A stretch of 56,330 nt of DNA. Origin: an uncultured Alphaproteobacteria bacterium. GTDB lineage: Bacteria; Pseudomonadota; Alphaproteobacteria; Micavibrionales; Micavibrionaceae. Within the stretch, counting starts at the first letter, position 1; each line of letters begins with the position of its first letter. Shown here piece by piece: positions 48,510-56,330 of this stretch. The DNA lies in assembly GCA_964015995.1 (NCBI GenBank), contig CAXHFH010000001.1:1-56330 (forward strand), read 5' to 3'. The notes beneath the pieces are model-generated. The model ran no database searches. It was not told the DNA's origin and worked only from the letters and a program-made list of their open reading frames with translations. The translations under genes were made by a program, and so were the position numbers.

Positions 48510-49730
48510 TTATCCTAGGCGCGCGCCAGTGTTGAGTGTGAAGTCTTGTTCCGATGTGTTGTCCATACTGGCCATCATGTTCATGCGGTCTTGGGCTAAT
48601 GCGGGGTCGGCAATTTTGGCAAAATAATCGCCTGCGCCGTCTTGGCCTAGTTGCATCTGGCTTTGGGTAAGATCTGTTACAACAATGGGTGCGCCGTCAC
48701 CAACAGACTTGGGCGAAGAATCGTCATAGAAAATTTGTCCATGCTGAATGATGTCGTTCATTGGTGATAGGCTACTATGATCTTCATCGAGGACTTGATC
48801 GCGGTATGCATCAACATAATCTTGGATATAGGTCTGAACATGCTCGTTCGGTTGTCCCGTCGTATCCGTATCAAAATAATTCCTATCGAGCAAATCTTGA
48901 ACCACACCCGTAAACATTTCAGGGTTATCTTCGCGTAATTGGCGCGCCGAATCTTCATCGATGCGAAGTTCATGCGCAACGCCCTGAACCATGGCAGGCA
49001 CTACAGAGCGTGCCGCCTCAACGTGTTCTTGTGTTGGTGTCCCTGATTCCGGTGAATCCAAAAAGATGCCATTTGCGTGATCGAAATCATCATTCTCATC
49101 ACCGGCGACTAGGCCTCTTGCATCTATATATGTTTCAATCACATCGGGGGATATATGCCCATCAGGATCGTTAAGTGCAACGCGGTCATTTTTTGTCTCG
49201 CCCTGTAATTCAAATAAAACGCGTTCGTCTTCATTTTGAAAGTCAGGTTTCGCGGGATCATCACAGGTTGAGCCTTCGTGACGGCCGAACAGGTGCATCC
49301 ATTCGGCATCATTGCCAGGGATTGTCCCTAAATTTTCTAACGATTCGTGTGCGATCAGCGGCAGGATATCTTCTTTCGCGGAAATACTGTCGTGAAAGCC
49401 GTTAACCACACAATATCGTTGGTCGTTATAATCAAATGTAAAGGCGCGCGGTCCGTCATTGATAGCCTGTAAAGTTGCGGCCTTTAATGTATCAGGATTA
49501 AGGCTATCACTAAAACCCGGGGCATTTTCATCAAGGGCATCCTTGAACATCTGAATATGCGCATCTGTGATATCATCGGGCACGGCGTACTGACCATTGG
49601 GTAAATCAATGTTCAGGCCTTCGAATGTGTTCGGGTCGATAAAGGCAACGGGAATATCGCCAGCAGTCTCTTTGACGCCACTGATATATGGGTCTTCAGA
49701 TGAATTAATAATGTCGCCTGGTCCGGCCAT
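48510..49730 (-). CDS. Hypothetical strongly acidic protein (406 aa), no signal peptide
   Basis: Long ORF. By my count the first 100 residues contain 14 D and 4 E against 4 K+R. No motif recognised. It lies between thyA and folA. Confidence 0.55.
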   Translation of the reverse strand: MAGPGDIINSSEDPYISGVKETAGDIPVAFIDPNTFEGLNIDLPNGQYAVPDDITDAHIQMFKDALDENAPGFSDSLNPDTLKAATLQAINDGPRAFTFDYNDQRYCVVNGFHDSISAKEDILPLIAHESLENLGTIPGNDAEWMHLFGRHEGSTCDDPAKPDFQNEDERVLFELQGETKNDRVALNDPDGHISPDVIETYIDARGLVAGDENDDFDHANGIFLDSPESGTPTQEHVEAARSVVPAMVQGVAHELRIDEDSARQLREDNPEMFTGVVQDLLDRNYFDTDTTGQPNEHVQTYIQDYVDAYRDQVLDEDHSSLSPMNDIIQHGQIFYDDSSPKSVGDGAPIVVTDLTQSQMQLGQDGAGDYFAKIADPALAQDRMNMMASMDNTSEQDFTLNTGARLG

Positions 49731-49803
49731 TTTTTTCTCGCTTTATCACCAAGTCACTATAATAGACGAGAAAGGACATATTTGGCAAATAATTATCGCG
49801 TTT

Positions 49804-50598
49804 TTAAACGGCAACGGGGGCTTTGATGTGTGGGTGCGCTTCGTATCCTACCAATTCAAAATCTTCGAACTTGAAATCAAAGATATTACTGACATGCGGA
49901 TTAAGGTGCATTTCCGGCAGTTTATGCGGGCTGCGGGACAGTTGAAGCTCGGTTTGCTCGATATGATTCGAGTATAAATGTGCATCCCCCAAAGTATGAA
50001 TAAATTCACCCGGTTTTAATCCCGTGACCTGCGCCACCATCATGGTGAGTAAGGCGTAAGAGGCGATGTTAAACGGCACGCCCAGAAATATATCTGCGCT
50101 GCGTTGGTAGAGTTGGCAGGAGAGCTTTCCATCCGCCACGTAAAATTGGAAAAAACAATGACAAGGCGGAAGTGCCATTTTCCCGATTTCACCGACATTC
50201 CATGAACATACAATCATGCGGCGGTCATCGGGGTTGGTTTTAATGCGATCAACCACGTTTGTGATCTGGTCAATTTTATGACCGTCGGCTGACCCCCAGC
50301 TGCGCCATTGATGTCCATATACGGGGCCAAGATCGCCATTTTCATCGGCCCATTCATCCCATATTTTCACACCATTTTCGGTGAGATAATTGATGTTTGT
50401 GTCACCTTTTAGAAACCAGAGGAGCTCGTGGATGATGGAGCGCAGATGACATTTTTTTGTCGTGACAAGCGGAAACCCTTCCGATAAATCAAAGCGCATC
50501 TGATGCCCAAAAACCGAGCGCGTGCCCGTGCCGGTGCGGTCTTCTTTTATCGCGCCGTTTTCTAATACATGGCGCATAAGGTCCAGATATTGCTTCAT
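49804..50598 (-). CDS. thyA: Thymidylate synthase (ThyA type)
   Basis: The start is taken at [15 protein letters not shown]. The catalytic-Cys region is [12 protein letters not shown]. The product is 264 aa. Confidence 0.95.
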   Translation of the reverse strand: MKQYLDLMRHVLENGAIKEDRTGTGTRSVFGHQMRFDLSEGFPLVTTKKCHLRSIIHELLWFLKGDTNINYLTENGVKIWDEWADENGDLGPVYGHQWRSWGSADGHKIDQITNVVDRIKTNPDDRRMIVCSWNVGEIGKMALPPCHCFFQFYVADGKLSCQLYQRSADIFLGVPFNIASYALLTMMVAQVTGLKPGEFIHTLGDAHLYSNHIEQTELQLSRSPHKLPEMHLNPHVSNIFDFKFEDFELVGYEAHPHIKAPVAV

Positions 50599-50795
50599 GA
50601 CAAAGTCCTTTTTATGATTCTTTGGGTGATTATAAAGAAAAGGAATATACAGGGTAAGGGGCAATTCACGGTTTTGAATGATTACTCCCCGAAAGTAGTA
50701 TTTGACGTAATAATACTGCGTGATTTACAACATTAGGGAGTGATTTAACAAAACAATTAAATACGTAAAAGCGTCAGGCGGGAGCATCGCGGTAG

Positions 50796-51701
50796 ATGGA
50801 AAATACAGATTTCAATAAAATGATTGTTGCGGGGGCCGGGTTTCCGGAGCAGCGTACCATTAATTTTGCCATTCAAATGCCCGCGCCTGAAAACGTAACA
50901 CGTTACGCAAAAGAGTTGGCGCAGCGCGCAAAGGTCGAAACGCAAGGAGAGGTCTCAACTTTATCTGTTGGTGATTCTGCGACAGGTTGGCTAAAGGCGC
51001 AAAAGGATACATCAGTGCCTAATGGGCAATGGATAGGTAAGCGCGGCATGGAGCTTGGTTGGAGCGAGGATAATGCGCGACAGATTTTGGCGATGCAGCT
51101 TGTCAGTGAAGAGTTAACCGACGCCGCAGTTATGCGACATCTCAGTGTGTATGAGCTTGATTCTGATGATATATTAGAGGCCGTTATGTATCCGGGAGCG
51201 TCTTTGGTTCCGGTTGAAGAGGACGCGAGGCGTAAAACCGAATATGGTGATTTTCTTGTTCACGGATATTGCCCTGCGCCACAAGCTTACACGGATCTGG
51301 CGCATGATATCGCCAAAACCACCATTACCAATGATGAGCAGTCTTATGTTGTTGTCGGCAGCAAAGAAACCGGATTTTTGGCTGCGGTGAAAAATGAAAG
51401 CTCTGGTGTTTGGGAAAGTCATTCAGATCAATATGCCGGATATAATATTTGTCACAATGCGGAGAAAAACGCATTAGAAGTTGCAAAAGAATTATGTTCT
51501 GATTTGGCTGTATACCGTCTTGAGCCGGAAGAAATCGTAGATCAGATTATTGATCACGGATTACAGCCTGAAGCGATTGATTTTATTGAAGTTATCGGCA
51601 CGCCGCGCGTGATCACTCCGGGGGATGGTTATGCGAATATACCTGACCCTGATGGTGTGTTTCGTAATATTCTTGGACGTCTTGGTGGGCACGATCTATA
51701 G
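50796..51701 (+). CDS. Hypothetical acidic protein (301 aa) with an internal two-fold repeat
   Basis: The two halves align by eye: VGDSATGWLKAQKD...VYELDSDDILEAVMYPG against VGSKETGFLAAVKNE...VYRLEPEEIVDQIIDHG. No family motif recognised. Confidence 0.5.
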   Translation: MENTDFNKMIVAGAGFPEQRTINFAIQMPAPENVTRYAKELAQRAKVETQGEVSTLSVGDSATGWLKAQKDTSVPNGQWIGKRGMELGWSEDNARQILAMQLVSEELTDAAVMRHLSVYELDSDDILEAVMYPGASLVPVEEDARRKTEYGDFLVHGYCPAPQAYTDLAHDIAKTTITNDEQSYVVVGSKETGFLAAVKNESSGVWESHSDQYAGYNICHNAEKNALEVAKELCSDLAVYRLEPEEIVDQIIDHGLQPEAIDFIEVIGTPRVITPGDGYANIPDPDGVFRNILGRLGGHDL

Positions 51702-51716
51702 CGGGGACTGTTTTCG

Positions 51717-52646
51717 TTAGTCGTGCTCGTGCGTATCTTTTGCGTTCGGCTTTAAGTCAAGTCCGGCTTGATGTTCTAATATGACCTGAATGACCTGTGC
51801 ATGCCCTTTGAATATCTCCCAATAATCATTACGCGTCATACCCGCAATATGATCCCTAAATTCCTGTGATCGCCTATTGTTCTCTGCATCACGGTCAAAA
51901 GGCAGATTATGCTCTGCATACACTTTTTCTAGTTTATCCAGAATCTCTTTTGATAGGTCAGGATCTAACATTTCAACGCTATTGCGAATTTGCTTCTCAT
52001 GATCCTCGCAATAGGCGCGTACAAGATCATTTTCAATTTGATCAAAGGGGATAACGGCATCACTGGGGTCGCGCATCATCGCCATCGCCGTATTAGACTG
52101 TGGTACACGCACATTAAAGGCATATAGGCCAAGATTTGTTGTCGCCTCTTGGGTGCAGGCTCCAAGAATGTAAGCTTGTGCTTCGGGCGTACTTGCGGCG
52201 ATCATCTTTCTTGATTCGTCTAAATCAACACGCCCGTTTTCAATGAGGCCGTGGTCAAAAGGCGCGCTGATCAGGAAATCTGTTTGTGTGTCGATATCGC
52301 TATGTTCTAAGCAATGCGTCAGCATATCCATGGCGTTATGGCGGATTTTTTCAGGGGCGCTGAATAAAACAGTCATTATTGTTTTTTGTGCCTGATCGGG
52401 CAGGTTTTCGACCGCGTCATCATATTTTTTCTTGGCGGCGTCTAGGCCTTGTTGTGTTGAAATTACTTCGAAAATGGGCTTCGATACGTTGTTGGCAAAC
52501 TGTTCAACAATACCAAAGGAATCATCGCCGGCCTTCATATGCATGGCAATGTCCGCGGCAAGTGGGTTTAGTCCCCGCGTGTATTCCAGTGCATCACTGA
52601 AGTTCTTTAGGCTTTTTTCAGTATTGTATAAAGTTGTAATGCTCAT
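51717..52646 (-). CDS. Hypothetical acidic protein (309 aa)
   Basis: ORF with the start taken at MSITTLYN. No family motif recognised. Confidence 0.5.
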   Translation of the reverse strand: MSITTLYNTEKSLKNFSDALEYTRGLNPLAADIAMHMKAGDDSFGIVEQFANNVSKPIFEVISTQQGLDAAKKKYDDAVENLPDQAQKTIMTVLFSAPEKIRHNAMDMLTHCLEHSDIDTQTDFLISAPFDHGLIENGRVDLDESRKMIAASTPEAQAYILGACTQEATTNLGLYAFNVRVPQSNTAMAMMRDPSDAVIPFDQIENDLVRAYCEDHEKQIRNSVEMLDPDLSKEILDKLEKVYAEHNLPFDRDAENNRRSQEFRDHIAGMTRNDYWEIFKGHAQVIQVILEHQAGLDLKPNAKDTHEHD

Positions 52647-52674
52647 GATCTGATTATATCGTGCTTTGGTTTTG

Positions 52675-53127
52675 CTACGCAACTAAAGGTGTGTCTGTCG
52701 CTTCCGGGAATTTTTCTTTATAATGCTGCTGTTTTTCGCTGATGGTTGCGTGCCCGTCGTAGGGAGCGCCAAATTTCAAGATTATCTTATCATTAATGGC
52801 GCTGAACACAACGGCGCGTGATAAAATGCTTGCGGCCTCTTGGTTTTCCTCGCTGTCTAAATCAAAGGTAACGCCGGCGCGTGTCATGTGTGACAATATC
52901 TGTTTTGAGATATCGAGCTGCATGCGCTCCCCCGGTGTTTTTCTGTGTCTGTACGCACGCGCACGGTTGCCAAAATTTTGGTTGAGGGTGCCGAATTCTG
53001 CGTTGTCACGGACAGATTCGTATGTTTCGCGGTCTAAGCTAACGCCCAAAAAATCTTTGGCAAGGCGCCGATCTTTTGCATAGTCTGATGTTCCTAAAAA
53101 ATCACCGATTCGATCTATTAATTTCAT
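52675..53127 (-). CDS. Hypothetical protein (150 aa)
   Basis: ORF lying upstream of, and in the same orientation as, the 309-aa gene. No motif recognised. Confidence 0.45.
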   Translation of the reverse strand: MKLIDRIGDFLGTSDYAKDRRLAKDFLGVSLDRETYESVRDNAEFGTLNQNFGNRARAYRHRKTPGERMQLDISKQILSHMTRAGVTFDLDSEENQEAASILSRAVVFSAINDKIILKFGAPYDGHATISEKQQHYKEKFPEATDTPLVA

Positions 53128-53252
53128 GTCCGTCTCCGATACGGTTAAAAATTAACTTAACATAATCAATTGAGGGCTGTGCGTCAAAATATCTATTTAA
53201 AAACGCTCGGTGGATAAGACTGGAATTTAGTAACGGATGTGTTCTATAATAG

Positions 53253-53628
53253 AGGGGCTAGCTTGCTAGCTATGACATTACACGTTTGTACGGAATAAAC
53301 GTTGCGGACCCGGGGGCGGTACCCGGCGGCTCCACCACTTAAGATTGGTTTGACTGGTCTTATGCGGCGGGGCCGAAATAGGATCGACGCGCGCAGTAAA
53401 GGTATATTAACGGTGTCCGGCATTGTATCCGCCGTTATCGGGCTAATTTTATAAATGCAAACGATAACTTTGCGTTCGTAGCCGCTAACGACAACTCTGT
53501 TGTTGCTGGTGAAGGTCGTATCGCTGCCTAATTGGGTAGTAGCGACGCTACAATCGAATCCCTGATTAATTAACGTTAGTCAGGTGGGGTGTGCCTGCTA
53601 CCTCGCAACAGAAGTGCAGGCATTTTTA
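53253..53628 (+). ncRNA. ssrA: Two-piece (circularly permuted) alphaproteobacterial tmRNA gene
   Basis: The acceptor piece ends ...CCGGGggcggtaCCCGGCGGCUCCACCA (CCA at 53335-53337). The coding piece starts GGGGCCGAAAUAGGAUCGACG at 53369. Its first 7 nt pair with CGGCUCC, including the G3:U alanine identity pair. The tag ORF starts GCA AAC GAT AAC (ANDN...) at 53457. TATAAT lies at 53245-53250 and a terminator hairpin plus T-run at 53592-53628. The outer ends are approximate. Confidence 0.85.
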
Positions 53629-53649
53629 TTCTTATTCTTGAGCATATCA

Positions 53650-54327
53650 ATGGAATCACCGGAACAAACATTGCCAACGCTTTTATATTTGCTTTGTGCA
53701 ATGAGTTCGATGGCGTTTTTGGTGTCGTCTTATGCGTGGCTTTGGAAGACCAGCAAAAATCCGCAACTGCCACAGCCGGATTTTAAATCCTCTGTTCACA
53801 AAGGGCAGCTCTATGCGTTTTTCACCGTTATGGTGCTTTCAATTTTTATCGGGGGGTATGATCACTTTTTTAATGATCGAGAAATTCATATCGGCGGTGA
53901 AATATTTATTTTAGTGGCAGCCTTAATTTACGCCTACGCTAAAAGCGACGGTGATCATAAAATTTCGCACGTATCGCGCACTGTGTTTAGGGTAATGCGT
54001 TTCGGCTTGCTTTGTATTTTTGGGTGGTGCGTGACAATTATATTGGGGTACGTTTTGACACGGTTACTCGGCGGGGCAGGAGGGGTTGACCCCAATGTTG
54101 TCTTCTTGACGGGGCTATCGTGGAATATTCCAATCGCCATTTTATATACAAAAATTGTTAAAAAATCGGACAGTGATAGCGCATATAGAGCAAGCGCCTT
54201 TCATAAATTCCTGTGGCCGGTTTTGATGGCTTATACAGTTTTGCTGGTACCCTTGCTTGTGCAACAAATATCTGTTTCCGAAGAATGGAAACAAATGAAA
54301 AATGAAAAACCCGTGCGTTCCGTTTAA
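53650..54327 (+). CDS. Hypothetical polytopic membrane protein (225 aa)
   Basis: The start is taken at MESPEQT, downstream of the tmRNA terminator. Six or seven hydrophobic helices. Confidence 0.55.
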   Translation: MESPEQTLPTLLYLLCAMSSMAFLVSSYAWLWKTSKNPQLPQPDFKSSVHKGQLYAFFTVMVLSIFIGGYDHFFNDREIHIGGEIFILVAALIYAYAKSDGDHKISHVSRTVFRVMRFGLLCIFGWCVTIILGYVLTRLLGGAGGVDPNVVFLTGLSWNIPIAILYTKIVKKSDSDSAYRASAFHKFLWPVLMAYTVLLVPLLVQQISVSEEWKQMKNEKPVRSV

Positions 54328-54406
54328 GTCACATCGCTTGTATAAAGTTGTGAAATAATGATCACGCCACTTGATTTATACCCCTAATATTTGCGACATA
54401 TAAGAT

Positions 54407-54922
54407 ATGACTGATGAAGAAGATTTTTTACGCTATGACAAAATGGTTGAGACTGCACTAAGAGGTGTGGTGCGCAAGGCCGTTGAAGAAGTGATTGAAA
54501 ATTACAACAGCACAGGTGGAATGCCTGGCGACCATCATTTTTATATTACGTTCCTTACGGATTATCCGGGCGTTAAAATCCCTGACTATCTGCGAGAGCG
54601 TTACCCCGGTGAAATGACGATTGTTTTGCAGTATCAATTCTCTGATCTGATGGTGAATGATGAGCGCATGGAAGTGACACTATCTTTCAATAACGTGCCT
54701 GAACGCTTGGTCGTGCCACTTAATGCAATTAGCATTTTTGCCGATCCTTCTGTGAATTTTGCGCTTCAGTTCCAACCGTTGGGTGATGCCATAGAAGATG
54801 AAGATCTTATATTGCAAGAACTTGGTGAAGATGACCCCGATGATCCTGACGGCTCTGGCGGTGGCGGATCAGGTGAGAAGACGGGCGAAGTTATATCGCT
54901 CGATAATTTCCGAAAAAAATAG
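54407..54922 (+). CDS. sspB: SspB-like ClpXP adaptor (alphaproteobacterial type)
   Basis: HHFYITFLTDYPGVKIPDYLRERYPGEMTIVLQYQFSDLMVNDERMEVTLSFNNVPERLVVPLNAISIFADPSVNFALQF matches the alpha SspB family pattern as I recall it. An acidic/Gly linker leads to a short basic C-terminal tail (EVISLDNFRKK) in the position of a ClpX-binding motif. Confidence 0.7.
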   Translation: MTDEEDFLRYDKMVETALRGVVRKAVEEVIENYNSTGGMPGDHHFYITFLTDYPGVKIPDYLRERYPGEMTIVLQYQFSDLMVNDERMEVTLSFNNVPERLVVPLNAISIFADPSVNFALQFQPLGDAIEDEDLILQELGEDDPDDPDGSGGGGSGEKTGEVISLDNFRKK

Positions 54923-54931
54923 GATAGATAT

Positions 54932-55843
54932 ATGTCTTTGTGGACGCCCGATCAGGCCTACAGACAGGAACCATACCGCGTTTTATTAAAGCGCGGGGAG
55001 TTTATTGATTCGAATCGTGATGACCGCGAAGTCCCCTTTAAAATTTACCACCCTGACGGGCATGATCTGGACAAAATGCCTGTCATTATCTGGAGCCATG
55101 GGTTCGGCGGTAACCGTGATGGTGCATCGTTCATCTCTCGTTTCTTGGCGGGGCAGGGCTATACGATTGTGCACATTACGCATCGCGGCACAGACAGCAG
55201 TTTGTGGGAAGGTAAGGACGAGCATCCTTGGGATATTCTGCGAAAAGTTAAAGTCCCGCGTGAAACAACTTTAAACCGTATGCATGACGTACCTTTTGTT
55301 CTTGATGAGCTGGAGGGCTGGGTCGCTGATAATCCTGATGTTGGTCAATATATGGATTTGGGCAATATTGGGATGTCCGGTCATTCGTTCGGTGCAATGA
55401 CCACGCAGGTAATGGCGGGCATGAGGTTTCCGAATAAGGATAAAGAGATTGTTTCATTGCGTGATGATCGCTTGTCGTGCGGCATCCTCTATAGCCCTGT
55501 ACCGATCGCACATATGACGGACACGCTGCCTGAGCACCTTTATGGCTCAATCGAAATTCCGTTGTTTCACATGACGGGAACGGATGATCAATCCCCCCTT
55601 GAGAGCTTTGGCTATGAGCACCGCCTGATCATTCGTGAGCATGCAGACCACCCTGAACAATATCTGCAAGTGTTGGAAGATGGGGATCACATGGTTTACA
55701 ACGGCACACGCGGTAAGCTTGCCAATAACCCCAAGCGTGAGGAGCACGAAAACCTGATAATAGAGGGGGCGTTTGCATTTTGGGAAGCGTATTTGAAAGA
55801 TGATGCGCAGGCCAAGGCGTGGTTGCAACAGAAATATGGTTAA
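54932..55843 (+). CDS. Alpha/beta-hydrolase-fold protein
   Basis: Nucleophile elbow GMSGHSFGA, IIWSHGFGGNRD upstream, and the candidate acid and His regions TGTDDQ and DGDHMVY. Confidence 0.65.
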   Translation: MSLWTPDQAYRQEPYRVLLKRGEFIDSNRDDREVPFKIYHPDGHDLDKMPVIIWSHGFGGNRDGASFISRFLAGQGYTIVHITHRGTDSSLWEGKDEHPWDILRKVKVPRETTLNRMHDVPFVLDELEGWVADNPDVGQYMDLGNIGMSGHSFGAMTTQVMAGMRFPNKDKEIVSLRDDRLSCGILYSPVPIAHMTDTLPEHLYGSIEIPLFHMTGTDDQSPLESFGYEHRLIIREHADHPEQYLQVLEDGDHMVYNGTRGKLANNPKREEHENLIIEGAFAFWEAYLKDDAQAKAWLQQKYG

Positions 55844-55900
55844 GTGCCAATTAATTATGTAAAAACAATCGGTTGGTTATGGTAATGGCCTCAGGTTTTT

Positions 55901-55930
55901 TTGCATTTTCGTGTTTTTTGTGTTTATAAT
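55901..55930 (+). promoter_or_regulatory. Possible sigma70-type promoter for a short transcript
   Basis: TTGCAT (55901-55906), an 18-nt spacer, then a perfect TATAAT (55925-55930). Confidence 0.3.
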
Positions 55931-56045
55931 GATCTCATACAAAAAAGTAAATTTTTTGAAGAACGAATCTGAAAAGAGGGAATCCTTTACCTTTTTTTAG
56001 GCGAGTAGAGTAATTTAAGTTTCCTAGGTTTGAAGTGACTTTAAA

Positions 56046-56080
56046 AGCGTTCGGTGAGAGGTTGCCGAGCGCTTTTTTTA
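56046..56080 (+). terminator. Rho-independent terminator upstream of tRNA-Arg
   Basis: AGCGTTCGGtgagaggttgCCGAGCGCTTTTTTT: a 9-bp stem with one G-U pair, followed by a T7 run. Confidence 0.7.
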
Positions 56081-56109
56081 TGCGTATAGTCCGAAAATAA
56101 TCTACAAAA

Positions 56110-56185
56110 GCGTCCGTAGCTCAGGGGATAGAGCATTGGTTTCCGGAGCCAAGGGTCGCAGGTTCGAATCCTGCCGGACGCGCCA
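56110..56185 (+). tRNA. tRNA-Arg (anticodon CCG), CCA encoded
   Basis: I folded the cloverleaf by hand. The acceptor stem is GCGTCCG/CGGACGC and the D stem is GCTC/GAGC. The anticodon stem TTGGT/GCCAA carries the loop TTCCGGA, giving anticodon CCG. The T stem is GCAGG/CCTGC with loop TTCGAAT, followed by discriminator G and CCA. Confidence 0.9.
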
Positions 56186-56193
56186 TTAAAGTC

Positions 56194-56330
56194 CTAGTTA
56201 CCGCACGCGCTTTCTTGCTTCTCAAAAACGGTGGCTGTTTCCCAGTAATTCGGTTTTTGTGAAATATCTTCCAGAATTTTCACAACGTCCCCATCAAGTT
56301 GATCAATGGTCACGGTGTGTCGATCAATGA
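56194..56330 (-). CDS. 3' end of an unidentified minus-strand gene (5' part outside the window)
   Basis: The reading frame is open from the window edge to the TAG at 56194-56196 (...TVTIDQLDGDVVKILEDISQKPNYWETATVFEKQESACGN). It is too short to assign. Confidence 0.3.
   Translation of the reverse strand, partial: IDRHTVTIDQLDGDVVKILEDISQKPNYWETATVFEKQESACGN

Noticed and set aside
52302-52316. HCLEH (HxxEH, inverted zincin motif) in the 309-aa orphan.
   Set aside because: A five-residue motif is easily produced by chance. The protein is too short and lacks the downstream Glu-containing region expected for M16-type metalloproteases.

Overview
This 56.3-kb window looks like chromosomal DNA from an alphaproteobacterium. 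The evidence is a circularly permuted two-piece tmRNA gene and the gene order yfgM-like/bamB/der and thyA/folA/hflK/hflC/degP/miaA/ilvIH/ilvC. GC content appears to be in the mid-40s percent by eye, and gene packing is tight, with several convergent gene ends overlapping.

The window opens inside a giant LapA/RTX-type adhesin gene whose 5' end lies outside it. That gene is followed by its own type I secretion genes: a TolC-like protein, a LapB-like ABC transporter and a HlyD-like protein.

The rest is mostly housekeeping:
- Translation and RNA: thrS, infC, der, miaA, ssrA, sspB-like and tRNA-Arg(CCG).
- Biosynthesis: purF, cvpA, ilvI/ilvH/ilvC, apbC, folA and thyA.
- Envelope: an mscS-family channel, bamB, an L,D-transpeptidase, an AmiC-type amidase, degP, hflKC and three EamA transporters.

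I found no rRNA, CRISPR array, transposase or integrase.

The most notable pattern is that conserved gene neighbourhoods are repeatedly interrupted by orphan genes:
- Several encode strongly acidic proteins without signal peptides. They lie between thrS and infC, between thyA and folA, and beside ssrA.
- A tandem pair encodes N-terminally truncated subtilase-like proteins.
- A DUF2007-like gene plus a 537-aa polytopic membrane protein gene sit between the two acetolactate synthase subunit genes. They appear translationally coupled and lie downstream of an Ile/Val/Leu-rich leader-peptide attenuator.
- An AT-rich islet between that leader and miaA contains about 0.7 kb without credible ORFs and with a strong C-over-G strand bias.

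The tmRNA appears to encode an unusually long, apparently duplicated degradation tag of 24 codons.

All functional calls come from reading motifs in the translations. No database search was possible.
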